64,000 bases of DNA from Gemmatimonadales bacterium (GCA_035553475.1 DATNDQ010000062.1:360-64359); one strand, 5' to 3'; counted from the first letter of the stretch, positions 17,665 to 26,534 are shown. Translations and numbers: made by a program. Notes: generated by a model not told the origin, from the letters alone.

Positions 17665-19205
17665 GCCGGGCGCGCGTGGCCCTTCTGGTGGGCCTGGGCG
17701 CCGTCCTCCTGCTGTTCGCGTACCCTCCGTTCCACGTCCCAATACTCTCGTTCGTCGTCCTCGCCCCGGCGGTCCTGCTCCTCCGGGAGCTCGAGTCGCG
17801 CGGCGATACCCGTCTCGCCTTCAAGTGGGGCTGGTGGTACGGGTTCGTCAGCCAGGGAGTGGTGCTCTACTGGTTGGTGGTGGCGCTCTGGCACTTCACG
17901 CCCCTCTCCGGCCTCGGGTACCTCGTCACCATCGTGATGATGGGGGTGTTCACCGGGGGTGTGTTCTGGCTGCTCACGAGGCTCCGGATGACGGCGCCGA
18001 TGGTGCCGCTCTGGGTGACCCTCCCACTCGTCTGGACCACGCTGGAGTGGGCGGTCGGTCACGCCGGCGACGTGGCGTTCCCGTGGCTGGGGATCGGCTC
18101 GTCACTCACCGATGCGCCCGTGCTCGTGCAGTGGGCCGACCTGGCGGGCGCGCGCGGGATCGGTGTTTGGCTGATGTGGTGCTCGGTCCTGCTGGTCGAG
18201 GCCGCGCATTCCGTTCGCGGCCACGTCCGGTCCGCGGCGTGGCGGGGTGCCGCCGTGATCGCGACCGTCGCCGCCTCCTGGGCGTACGGAGCGCACCGGA
18301 TGACCACGTTGCGGCTGCGGCCGGCCGGCGTGGTGGGACTGGTTCAGCCCAACATCGGCTTCCACGAGAAGTGGGACCCGTCCGAGATCCAGCGGGAAGT
18401 CGATCTCCTGATGAGTCTCTCGCGCCGTGTGCGGGCGATGTCCCGCGCGGACGTCATCGCGTGGCCGGAGGCGGCCTTGCCCGGATTCCTCCAGCAGGAG
18501 CCGGCCTGGGACTCCGCGCTGTCGCGCTTCGCGCGCGAGAGCCACACCGCGATGGTCATCGGAGGGTTGTACTACACGGGTGTCCCCAGCTCCGACCCCG
18601 CTTCGTACCAGATGTACAATGCCGCGTTCTACATGGACTCGGCGGGGCATTGGAGCCTGTATCCGGTCTACGAAAAGCGGTACCTGGTCCCGGTGGTGGA
18701 ACGGACGCCGTTCGTTCCGCTGAGCTGGTTCAAGGCCATTCCCGGAATCGCCAACTGGTCCGGCCGCTTTCATCCGGGGACCAAGCTCCCCCTCTATCCC
18801 ACGCCCGTCGGCAAGGCCGGGGTCATCGTCTGCTACGAATCCGCTTTTGAGTATCTGACGCGGGCGTACCGCGCCGAGGGCGCGGACGTGGTGTTCAACA
18901 TCACGAACGACGCGTGGTATGGGGAAACCACCGCACCCTACCAGCACGCCGCGCACCTGATCATGCGCGCGATCGAAACCCGGATGGGGATCGCCCGTGC
19001 AGCCAATGATGGAGTGTCGGAGTTCGTGGACCCCCTGGGCCAGGTGTCGGACGCGACAGTGCTGGGGACCCAGGACGCCGTCGCGGGGCGGCTCGTCACC
19101 AGCGATGTCGTGCCGCTCTACGTGCGGTGGGGGGACTGGGTAGGGACGGGGGCCGCGATTCTGACGCTCGGATTCATTGGATTTGCCGTGTTTCCGCGGA
19201 AATAA
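17661..19205 (+). CDS. lnt: Apolipoprotein N-acyltransferase
   Basis: 514 aa with multiple N-terminal TM helices. Nitrilase-fold motifs WPEAA and VIVCYESAF (catalytic Cys). GTGA overlap with the upstream stop. Confidence 0.9.
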   Translation: MSRARVALLVGLGAVLLLFAYPPFHVPILSFVVLAPAVLLLRELESRGDTRLAFKWGWWYGFVSQGVVLYWLVVALWHFTPLSGLGYLVTIVMMGVFTGGVFWLLTRLRMTAPMVPLWVTLPLVWTTLEWAVGHAGDVAFPWLGIGSSLTDAPVLVQWADLAGARGIGVWLMWCSVLLVEAAHSVRGHVRSAAWRGAAVIATVAASWAYGAHRMTTLRLRPAGVVGLVQPNIGFHEKWDPSEIQREVDLLMSLSRRVRAMSRADVIAWPEAALPGFLQQEPAWDSALSRFARESHTAMVIGGLYYTGVPSSDPASYQMYNAAFYMDSAGHWSLYPVYEKRYLVPVVERTPFVPLSWFKAIPGIANWSGRFHPGTKLPLYPTPVGKAGVIVCYESAFEYLTRAYRAEGADVVFNITNDAWYGETTAPYQHAAHLIMRAIETRMGIARAANDGVSEFVDPLGQVSDATVLGTQDAVAGRLVTSDVVPLYVRWGDWVGTGAAILTLGFIGFAVFPRK

Positions 19206-19217
19206 AAGGCGGGATTA

Positions 19218-19267
19218 GGGATTGGGGATTCGTGGCGGCTCTTGACCAATCCCGAATCCCCAATCCC
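19218..19267. terminator. Long perfect hairpin between convergent lnt and DUF1634 genes (candidate bidirectional terminator)
   Basis: 15-bp perfect arms gggattggggattcg (19218-19232) and cgaatccccaatccc (19253-19267) with a 20-nt loop. No clear U-tract. Confidence 0.45.
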
Positions 19268-19277
19268 CCATCCCCGA

Positions 19278-19652
19278 CTAGATTCGTCCCACCAGACTCC
19301 CCAGCAGTATCAGCAGGACCACGAGCGTAATGACCTGATACTTTCTGTCTCGCTCCATCAGGAATCCCACCAGCGAAAGCGCGACCCGCGCCACCGGGGT
19401 CGCGATCAACAGCAGCAGCCCCAATTGCGTCAGCGCCCGCGGTTCCAGGTGCAAGGACCCACGCAGGATGCCCACGAGCGACGACAGCTCAGGGGGCTCA
19501 CCCCGAAAGACGGCGTAGTGAACGGGCTCGCCGCCGTGCTGCGCCAGAAAGAGCGCTCCTCCCACCGCCGCCACGAAGGCCGCGGTCAGCACTCCGAACC
19601 GGAGCACGGACCCGACGGCCCGCTGGACCTTGGCGTCGTCCCAGCGGACCAT
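19278..19652 (-). CDS. DUF1634 membrane protein
   Basis: 124 aa with 3-4 TM helices. This family usually pairs with TauE/SafE permeases. 1-nt TGATG overlap with the upstream gene. Confidence 0.8.
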   Translation of the reverse strand: MVRWDDAKVQRAVGSVLRFGVLTAAFVAAVGGALFLAQHGGEPVHYAVFRGEPPELSSLVGILRGSLHLEPRALTQLGLLLLIATPVARVALSLVGFLMERDRKYQVITLVVLLILLGSLVGRI

Positions 19653-20488
19653 CAGATCGTCCCCTGGATGGCGCGATACACCATCTCGATGGCCAGTGCC
19701 ACGATGACGACGCTGAACACAAGGCGCAGATGCTTGGGGTGTGTCCGCGTGAGGATCCGGGCGCCGAGGAGGGCGCCGGCCAGCACACCGAGCATGACGG
19801 GGAAGGAGAGCACCGGGTCGATGTAGCCGCGCCGGAGGTAGACCCCCGCGCTCGCGGCGGCGGTCACGCCGATCATGAAGTTCGAGGTGGTCGTCGAAAC
19901 CTTGAAGGGAAGGCGCATCGCGTTATCCATCGCCAGCACCTTCACCGCGCCCGACCCGATGCCCAGAAGCCCGGACAGAATGCCCGCCACGAACATGAGA
20001 GAGAAGCCGGTGGCCACCCGCTGGACGCCGTACGGCTGGAGCCCATCCGGCGTGGGGTACGTGCCGTTCAAGCGCAGGGAGCGGGCCAGGGGATCGGACA
20101 GGTCCTGGGTGACATGCTCGACCCGGGGCCGGGCGGACAGCCATGCGGAATACAGCAAGACCGCGGCAAAGACGATGGCGATGGCACTGGTGGAGATCAT
20201 CCCGGCGAGGAACGCGCCGCCGAGCGCGCCCACGGTGGTCGCGATTTCCAGGAACATCCCGATCCGGATGTTGGTGTAGCCCTCACGGACGTACGCGGCA
20301 GCCGCGCCCGAGCTCGTCGCGATCACGCTGATGAGGGAGGCACCGATGGCGTACTGCAGATTGACCCCGAACCCGATGGCGAGGAGAGGCACGATCACCA
20401 TCCCACCTCCCAGCCCCGTCAACGAACCCAGCAGTCCCGCCAGAAAAGAGCCGCCGAAGAGGAGGGCGGCGAATAGCGCCGCGCTCAC
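19652..20488 (-). CDS. TauE/SafE-family sulfite/anion exporter
   Basis: 278 aa, polytopic, with Gly-rich repeats (LLGSLTGLGGGMVIVPLL ... LLGIGSGAVKV). Confidence 0.88.
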   Translation of the reverse strand: MSAALFAALLFGGSFLAGLLGSLTGLGGGMVIVPLLAIGFGVNLQYAIGASLISVIATSSGAAAAYVREGYTNIRIGMFLEIATTVGALGGAFLAGMISTSAIAIVFAAVLLYSAWLSARPRVEHVTQDLSDPLARSLRLNGTYPTPDGLQPYGVQRVATGFSLMFVAGILSGLLGIGSGAVKVLAMDNAMRLPFKVSTTTSNFMIGVTAAASAGVYLRRGYIDPVLSFPVMLGVLAGALLGARILTRTHPKHLRLVFSVVIVALAIEMVYRAIQGTI

Positions 20489-22440
20489 CCGTCCCCGCGC
20501 GCCGCGGCCGGCTCGAACACTTTCCCTTCGACGAAGAGGCGGTAGAGCTCGCCGTCCAGCTGCCCCTGGGTGACTTCCTGCTTCATGATGTCGAGGGCGC
20601 GCTCCGCCGGAACGGCCCGCTTGTAGGGACGGTCCTGCGCGGTGAGGGCGTCGAAGATGTCCGAGATGGTCATCATGCGCGTCTGAATCGGGATCGCTTC
20701 GCCCTGGATCTTTCGGGGGTAACCCCGGCCGTCGAGCTTCTCGTGATGGCCGTACGCGATGTCCGGGATGCGCTTCAGCTCACGGGTCCAGGGGATTTCC
20801 TTCAGGAAGTTGAACGTGTGGGTGACGTGACTCTCGATCTCAAGGCGCTCGGCTTCGTCCAGCGATCCCTTCGGGATGGTCAGGTATCGCACTTCGTCAG
20901 GCGTCAGGAGCGGCTGCGGAGCACCCGCCAGGTCGGCGTAGGTCCGCCGCGCGAATTCCGACAGATCGTGCTTGCTCTGTTCGGGCAGGAGTGAAGGCTC
21001 GTTCGACTGCAAGACGGTCTCCAGGAACCGGTCGAGATCGGCGAGGGACTTCCGGTGTTCCTCGTCCAGCTTCTCCTGGAATGCCGGATACCCCTTCTTG
21101 CCGTGCTCCTCGAGGAACTCCGTGCGTCGCTGCCAGAAGTCCCGCTCCAGCGAACGGCGTACAAAGGCGTGCCGCTGGCGGATGAGGTCCAGGTCGGGCG
21201 GATAGAGCTTCTTCGCCTTGACCAGAACCTGCTCCCGGACGCCGACCTTGCCGAAGTCGTGCAGGAGGCCGGCGTACCGGATCTCCCGGACCTGCTCGCG
21301 CGTGAACCGGATGGCCTTGTACGGGCCCTGTACGGCGCGGTCCACCACGGAGGCGAGGGAAACCGTGTAGTCGGCCACGCGGCCGGAGTGACCGAAGGTG
21401 GTCGGGTCCCGTTGCTCGATGGCCTGAACGGATGCGCGGACGAATCCTTCGAACAACCGCTCGATCTCCTGATACAGCCGGCTGTTTTCGATGGCGACCG
21501 CCGCCTGGGCCGCGAGGGCGGTCACCAGCTCCACGCTCCGGCGGGAGTAGGGCACCACCTCGCGCTCGACGTCCGCCGCCGTCCCCAGGACCGCGTCGGA
21601 GTTCCGCTTCCGGTTGATCAGCTGCAGCACGCCGATGCGCTGGTCCCGGTGATCCTTCATGGGGATGACGAGCATGGACTTCGACCGGTAGCCGTACCGT
21701 TCGTCGAACGAGCGGTTGATCGAATACTCGACATCCGGGGGGAGATAGTAGGCGTCGTCGATGACCAGGGGGTCACCGGTGACCGCCGTGTAGCCCGCGA
21801 GGCTCGAGCGGTCCATCGGGATGGTGAACTCGACGAACGGCGCTTCGGGTTTGGAAAATGTCTGAGCGAGAGAGAAGCGCAAACGCGGGGACCCGCTGTC
21901 GGCCGCCTCCACCAGATACAACGAGCCGGCATCTGACTGGGTGATGCGGCGCGCTTGCGTGAGGATGAGCTCGAGCAGCGTCTTCAGATCCCGCTCGGTC
22001 CCGAGCGCCGCGCCGATCCGGGTGAATTCGCCGATTTCCTGGGAGCGTTGCTCCGCCTGGGCCATGGCGCGGGCCGCCTCCCGTCGCGCCGCCGCTTCCC
22101 GCAGGCCGCTGCGGACCGCGATCAGGAGCTGACGGGGACCGATGGGGTGGCGGACGAACGCCGCGAGGAGCTCCGTGGCGAAGGGCTCCGGGACGTCCAG
22201 CTCACCCTCTCGTCCCAGCGCGATGATCGCGCCTCCCGCATCAACGAACCCCCGCTGGGCGTCGAGCGGGAAGGCGGAGCGGGACCCCCCATCCAGGAGG
22301 AACACCGTGGGCCGCTCATCCACCTCGAGCTGGAGCGGTCCGGAAATGGGCCGCGCCTCGATCTGGGCGCCGGCGAGGGCGTCCAGCACGATCGCCGGCG
22401 ACCAGCCGGTGGGGTGCAGGAGGACGTAGCGCGCGCTCAT
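20485..22440 (-). CDS. HD-GYP phosphodiesterase with N-terminal receiver-like domain and GAF domain
   Basis: 651 aa. GAF region (LLELILTQARRITQSDAGSLYLVE...). HD-GYP motifs HDFGKVGV and HHEKLDGRGYPR. The N-terminal ~120 aa are REC-like but I see no clear acceptor motif. Confidence 0.9.
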   Translation of the reverse strand: MSARYVLLHPTGWSPAIVLDALAGAQIEARPISGPLQLEVDERPTVFLLDGGSRSAFPLDAQRGFVDAGGAIIALGREGELDVPEPFATELLAAFVRHPIGPRQLLIAVRSGLREAAARREAARAMAQAEQRSQEIGEFTRIGAALGTERDLKTLLELILTQARRITQSDAGSLYLVEAADSGSPRLRFSLAQTFSKPEAPFVEFTIPMDRSSLAGYTAVTGDPLVIDDAYYLPPDVEYSINRSFDERYGYRSKSMLVIPMKDHRDQRIGVLQLINRKRNSDAVLGTAADVEREVVPYSRRSVELVTALAAQAAVAIENSRLYQEIERLFEGFVRASVQAIEQRDPTTFGHSGRVADYTVSLASVVDRAVQGPYKAIRFTREQVREIRYAGLLHDFGKVGVREQVLVKAKKLYPPDLDLIRQRHAFVRRSLERDFWQRRTEFLEEHGKKGYPAFQEKLDEEHRKSLADLDRFLETVLQSNEPSLLPEQSKHDLSEFARRTYADLAGAPQPLLTPDEVRYLTIPKGSLDEAERLEIESHVTHTFNFLKEIPWTRELKRIPDIAYGHHEKLDGRGYPRKIQGEAIPIQTRMMTISDIFDALTAQDRPYKRAVPAERALDIMKQEVTQGQLDGELYRLFVEGKVFEPAAARGDG

Positions 22441-23351
22441 GGCTTGGTCGAGTCCTTGGGTGGATCCGCCTTGTCCGGAGGCAGCGGGGTCACACCGGTC
22501 AGGAAACGATAGGGCCGCCGGGATACCGCGTCGGCGAAGTGATTCAGCTGACGCGACAGCTCCGCCAGGTTTGTCGCCGTTGCCCGGAGATCGCCCCGGT
22601 TTTCGCTGGCCATGACCTGCGCGCTCTGGACCACGGAGTCCAAATGGACCAGCAACCGGTTCGACGAGGCCAGCGTGGCGGTCACCGAATCCGCGATGCC
22701 GGGCGGAATCCGGCGGGTGATCGAGTCGATCCGGGCCATGCTCGACGAGACGCTGGTGACCGCGGCGGACAGGCTCGGCGTCATGCTCTGGATCGTGCTG
22801 TTCGCGGACGCCAGCGTGCGCTGCACCCCCACCAGGGCGTCACGCGCCCTCAGCAGGACGTCGTGTACGTCACTCGACAGGCTGGTCACCACGACCTTCA
22901 GCGAGTCGAGGGCCGAGGAGGGGCGATCGGAATTGATGGTGTCGCCGGCGCCGAGCGTGCGGGCGATCCCATGGGTCGAGTCGGGGAGGATCAGGACGAT
23001 TTCCGACGCCGACGAGATCTGGGACACCGATGCAATCGACGCCTTGGTGCCGAGCGGCAACAGCAGCTTCGAGCCGTTTTCGAATTCCTGCGCGAGGGAG
23101 AGGCGCGCGATGAACGACACCCGGCGGCTGGTGGGGTCGACGCGCGGCACGATCGACGCCACGCGTCCGATCTCCAGGCCTTCCACCAGGACCCGGGTGT
23201 CGGCACTGATCCCCTCGGCGTTGGCGACGCGCATATACAGGGCGTAGCGCCGCTGGCCCCACCCGCTGGTCGCGAGCAGTGCCCCGATCACCAGCCCGAC
23301 GGCGACCACGATCAAGAGCCCGACGATGAAGTCCTGACGGTTGGTTTCCAC
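22437..23351 (-). CDS. MlaD/MCE-family protein
   Basis: 304 aa. N-terminal TM helix (FIVGLLIVVAVGLVIGALL), an MCE domain (YMRVANAEGISADTRVLVEGLEIGRVASI) and a helical C-terminus. Confidence 0.85.
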   Translation of the reverse strand: METNRQDFIVGLLIVVAVGLVIGALLATSGWGQRRYALYMRVANAEGISADTRVLVEGLEIGRVASIVPRVDPTSRRVSFIARLSLAQEFENGSKLLLPLGTKASIASVSQISSASEIVLILPDSTHGIARTLGAGDTINSDRPSSALDSLKVVVTSLSSDVHDVLLRARDALVGVQRTLASANSTIQSMTPSLSAAVTSVSSSMARIDSITRRIPPGIADSVTATLASSNRLLVHLDSVVQSAQVMASENRGDLRATATNLAELSRQLNHFADAVSRRPYRFLTGVTPLPPDKADPPKDSTKP

Positions 23352-23367
23352 GGCTCCTCGAAATTCG

Positions 23368-24060
23368 CTACGCGGGCTCGAGCTCGAGCGCGCCTTGCCG
23401 GCCCAGCCGGTAGATCCGTTCCACCCGGTTATGCAGCAGCGACGGCAGCTCCTGGCAGGTGATCAGCACCGACCGGCGCCCGCCCTGGACCTCTTCGCCG
23501 CCCCGCGCCAGGGTCAAGAGCTCCCCCGCCACGCGGGACGAGAGACCATCGAACGGCTGTTCCAGAATCAGCAATGACGGATCGAAGGCGAGGGCCCGGA
23601 CCAGCGCGGTGCGCCGCCGCTCTTCTTCATTCGCCTGTGCGGGGCGGAGGCCGCCGATGCGGCCAATGCGGCCCGCGGCCAACATCACCTCGACTCGTCC
23701 CTCGATCTCCTTCGAGCCGGTCGTGCTCCCGAACCGCAGGGGCAGGGCCACGTTGTCGCGGAGTGAGAGATTTTGCAGCAGGCCGTCGCCGGCTGGAAGG
23801 TAGCCCACGCGGCGGCGGAAGGCCAAGCGTTCGCGCTCCGGAAGGTCCGTCAGGTCGGTGCCGAGCACGAGGACACGGCCGGAGCGGGGAGGATCCAGCG
23901 CCAGGGCCATGGGGCCCAGCGGGGCGTCCTCTTCGCCGATGATGACCACCGTTTCGCCCCGTTCGACGGTGAGGCTGAACGGCGTCGCCGCGCGCGGCGA
24001 GATCAGAACCTGATCGAAGACCAACGGGGCGCCTTCGAAGACGGACGGGCGGCCGGTCAC
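23368..24060 (-). CDS. MlaF-like ABC ATPase homologue with all catalytic motifs degenerate (pseudo-ATPase)
   Basis: 230 aa, alignable to ABC NBDs. Walker A position reads GEEDAPLG (no GK[ST]). The Q-loop Q is absent (YLPAGDG). The signature reads ANEEE instead of LSGGQ. Walker B reads LLILEQP (D->E, catalytic E->Q). The H-loop reads ITCQE. Confidence 0.8.
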   Translation of the reverse strand: MTGRPSVFEGAPLVFDQVLISPRAATPFSLTVERGETVVIIGEEDAPLGPMALALDPPRSGRVLVLGTDLTDLPERERLAFRRRVGYLPAGDGLLQNLSLRDNVALPLRFGSTTGSKEIEGRVEVMLAAGRIGRIGGLRPAQANEEERRRTALVRALAFDPSLLILEQPFDGLSSRVAGELLTLARGGEEVQGGRRSVLITCQELPSLLHNRVERIYRLGRQGALELEPA

Positions 24061-24063
24061 CGG

Positions 24064-24831
24064 TCAGCCGAACAGTGCCGCGCCAAGGAAGATGCCGACG
24101 ATCGACGAGACCGTCGCCCGGCTCGCGGCGATGGGGATTTCGGTGGGGCCGCGCCGGACGGCCAACCCGTAGAAGCTGGGCACGACGCCGACCACGATGC
24201 CGAAGGCGAGCGCCTTCGCCACGGTGAGCCAGACATCCCGCAGCGTCAGGGCCTGGAGGACGACGTCCATGTAGCGGCCGGGGGCCATGCCGTTGAAGGT
24301 CGCGGCCCCGAGCCCTCCGGCGACGGCCACGACGTCGAACAGGATCATGAGGATGAAGACGCTGACGAGCCCACCGACGAAGCGGGGCACGACGAGGTAC
24401 TGCCGGGGGTCGATGCCCATCCCTTCGAGCGCCCGGACTTCGCCCATGACCTGATTGGTGGCGAGCTCCGCGGCGATGGCGGTCCCCGACCGGCCCGCGA
24501 CGGCGAGCGCGGTGACGAGCGGGCCCAGCTCGCGCACGATCACGACCACCATCAGGGTGCCCAGCCACTCGGTCTTGCCGATGGATCCCAGCTCGCGGGC
24601 GGCCTGCGAGATCACGAGGAAACTGAGGATGCTGGAGAGCAGGACGATGAGGGCGACGGCGTGCACGGCGGTGAAGCGGATCTGGTTCATGGTCACCCGG
24701 AACGCGACCGCCCGGCCGGCGACGGGGAGGGTGACCAGCGCCCGGAGGGCGCCAAAGCCGAAGCGCGCCAGCGCCCCCAACTGGGAGAGCCGGCGCGCCA
24801 CGATGTTACCCAGACGGCCGATGAAATTCAC
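24064..24831 (-). CDS. MlaE-family ABC transporter permease
   Basis: 255 aa with typical MlaE features (RQLSQLG..., TALAVAGRSGTAIAAELATNQVMGEVRALEGMGIDP). Confidence 0.88.
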   Translation of the reverse strand: MNFIGRLGNIVARRLSQLGALARFGFGALRALVTLPVAGRAVAFRVTMNQIRFTAVHAVALIVLLSSILSFLVISQAARELGSIGKTEWLGTLMVVVIVRELGPLVTALAVAGRSGTAIAAELATNQVMGEVRALEGMGIDPRQYLVVPRFVGGLVSVFILMILFDVVAVAGGLGAATFNGMAPGRYMDVVLQALTLRDVWLTVAKALAFGIVVGVVPSFYGLAVRRGPTEIPIAASRATVSSIVGIFLGAALFG

Positions 24832-24838
24832 CGGCGGG

Positions 24839-25546
24839 TCAGCCCTGCTGCTCCTTCTTCAGGCCTTCCTGCGCCGGACCGTAATCCGGGAAGACGTTCA
24901 GCGCGGCCTTGTACATCTCGACGGCCTTCTCCTTGTTGCCGCGGTCATGATAGAGGAGCGCGCGGGAGTAGAAGGTCAGCGCTTCGGTCGGGACGGGCTT
25001 GCTCATGCGCTGCGTGGCCACGTCCTTGGGCAGGGGCGGGAGGCTGGCGTCTTTCATCAGGCGCTGCGCCACGTCCGTGACGATGCTGAAGAGCTTGTCC
25101 TGAGAGGCGGTCTGCGACTCGGTCTTCATGATCTCGGTCGTCTCGACGTTGATCAACCGGATGTCGAGGCGCCAGTTGGTGCCGTTGGCGATGAACGTAC
25201 CCGTCACCGCGTACTTGGCCCCGACGATCTTGCCGATCTTCGCAGCGGTCTGGGGATCCACGCGGCCCGACGCGTCGAGATTCTGCTCGTCGGTGAGCTT
25301 CTGGATCTCCTCGCGCTCCACCACGCGCCAGGCGTCATTCGCCTTCAGCTCGTTGATCATCATCCCCGCGAAGCCGCGCTGCAGGGCAGGCATGTCCGCC
25401 GGATCTTTCATGCCGATGGATCCGCCATTTTCGAAGGCGAAGACGGCGACGCCCGGACGGGTGTCGGTCGTCGTGGCCTGCTGCGCGACTGCGGGCCCCG
25501 CGAAACCGACCAGGGCGAGCAGGGCCAGCATCGAACGCGAACGCAT
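24839..25546 (-). CDS. Secreted CsgG/LpoB-like domain protein with C-terminal TPR
   Basis: Trimmed to ATG 25546 (MRSRSMLALLALVGFAGPAVAQ; GAGGAG SD-like sequence upstream). The VAVFAFENGG...VVEREEIQKLTDEQNL..GKIVGAKYAVTGTF pattern resembles the CsgG/FlgO/LpoB fold. TPR-like tail. Confidence 0.7.
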   Translation of the reverse strand: MRSRSMLALLALVGFAGPAVAQQATTTDTRPGVAVFAFENGGSIGMKDPADMPALQRGFAGMMINELKANDAWRVVEREEIQKLTDEQNLDASGRVDPQTAAKIGKIVGAKYAVTGTFIANGTNWRLDIRLINVETTEIMKTESQTASQDKLFSIVTDVAQRLMKDASLPPLPKDVATQRMSKPVPTEALTFYSRALLYHDRGNKEKAVEMYKAALNVFPDYGPAQEGLKKEQQG

Positions 25547-25581
25547 AGAGTGCTCCTCGGGTCCAAGACCCCTGTGGGTAC

Positions 25582-26457
25582 TCACAACGTCAGCTGCAGT
25601 CCTTCTTGAGCGGCCAGGACCTCGCCCGGACCGCCCAGCTTCTTCGCTTCCTTGCGCGCCGCCGCGAGGACGTCATCCATCGCGCCGTCCGAGTGCTCCG
25701 GCTCGTGATGAAACAGGACGAGCCGCTCCACTCCCGCTTCCTTGGCGAGCGCCACGGCCTCGGTGTAGCTCGAGTGGCCCCAGCCGGCGTGCGCCTTCAA
25801 TTCGTCCGGCGTGTACATCGCATCGTGGATCAGGAGGTCCACGCCGTTCAGAAATCCTACGAGCTCCTTGCGCCAGCCCGGCCCGGTCTCGTACTTGCCG
25901 CCGGCGCCCAGCTCGTTGTCGGTCACGTAGGCGAGACTTGCCCCTCCGGCCGCGGGGGTCAGACGATACCCCAGCGTCGTGCCCGGGTGCCGCAGCCGCG
26001 TGGAGTGCACCTTGAACTCACCCACCGGGAACTCGCCCGCTCCCACATGCTCCACCGTCAGGCGCGCCGACAGCGCATCGAGCGGTACCGGGAACACCGA
26101 CGGGTGCATCTGCTGCCGGAGAATGTCCTCGAGGGACACCTCACCCTGCTGTGATCCCCAGATCCGGATCTGATTCCCGGGAGAGAAAAACGGCTTGAAG
26201 TAGGGAAGGCCCTGGATATGATCCCAGTGCGCGTGCGACAGCAGGATTTCCGCCGTCACCGCGCCGTTCTGCCGTTCCACCAGCTTCCCGCCCAGCGCCC
26301 GGATGCCGGTGCCCGCATCGAGGATGACCAGCTTGCCCCCGGCCCCCTCCACGGCGACGCACGGCGTATTGCCACCGTAGCGCGCGGTATGGGCGCCGGG
26401 GGTCGGGATGGATCCCCGAGTCCCCCAGAACGTCACCGAGTACTTGCGATCAGGCAC
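25582..26457 (-). CDS. MBL-fold metallo-hydrolase
   Basis: 291 aa with HAHWDH (HxHxDH) motif. GTG start. Confidence 0.85.
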   Translation of the reverse strand: MPDRKYSVTFWGTRGSIPTPGAHTARYGGNTPCVAVEGAGGKLVILDAGTGIRALGGKLVERQNGAVTAEILLSHAHWDHIQGLPYFKPFFSPGNQIRIWGSQQGEVSLEDILRQQMHPSVFPVPLDALSARLTVEHVGAGEFPVGEFKVHSTRLRHPGTTLGYRLTPAAGGASLAYVTDNELGAGGKYETGPGWRKELVGFLNGVDLLIHDAMYTPDELKAHAGWGHSSYTEAVALAKEAGVERLVLFHHEPEHSDGAMDDVLAAARKEAKKLGGPGEVLAAQEGLQLTL

Positions 26458-26534
26458 CGTAATCCTAGGGCTAAGTTACGGAAAATCTGCAACGTACAAC
26501 AAGCCGACACCTCACGGCCCGGTCGTGACTTACC

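Noticed and set aside
19211-19232. Telomere-like TTAGGG within gggattagggattgggg
   Set aside because: It is a single hexamer occurrence inside a hairpin arm on a bacterial chromosome, so I treat it as coincidental. It is reported only as a hairpin/G4 candidate.
26458-26534. Possible Crp/Fnr operator (TCAC-N9-GTGA) between the crp-family gene and the MBL hydrolase gene
   Set aside because: The half-sites are only partly symmetric and do not match the TGTGA-N6-TCACA or TTGAT-N4-ATCAA spacing. The evidence is too weak to report as a site.
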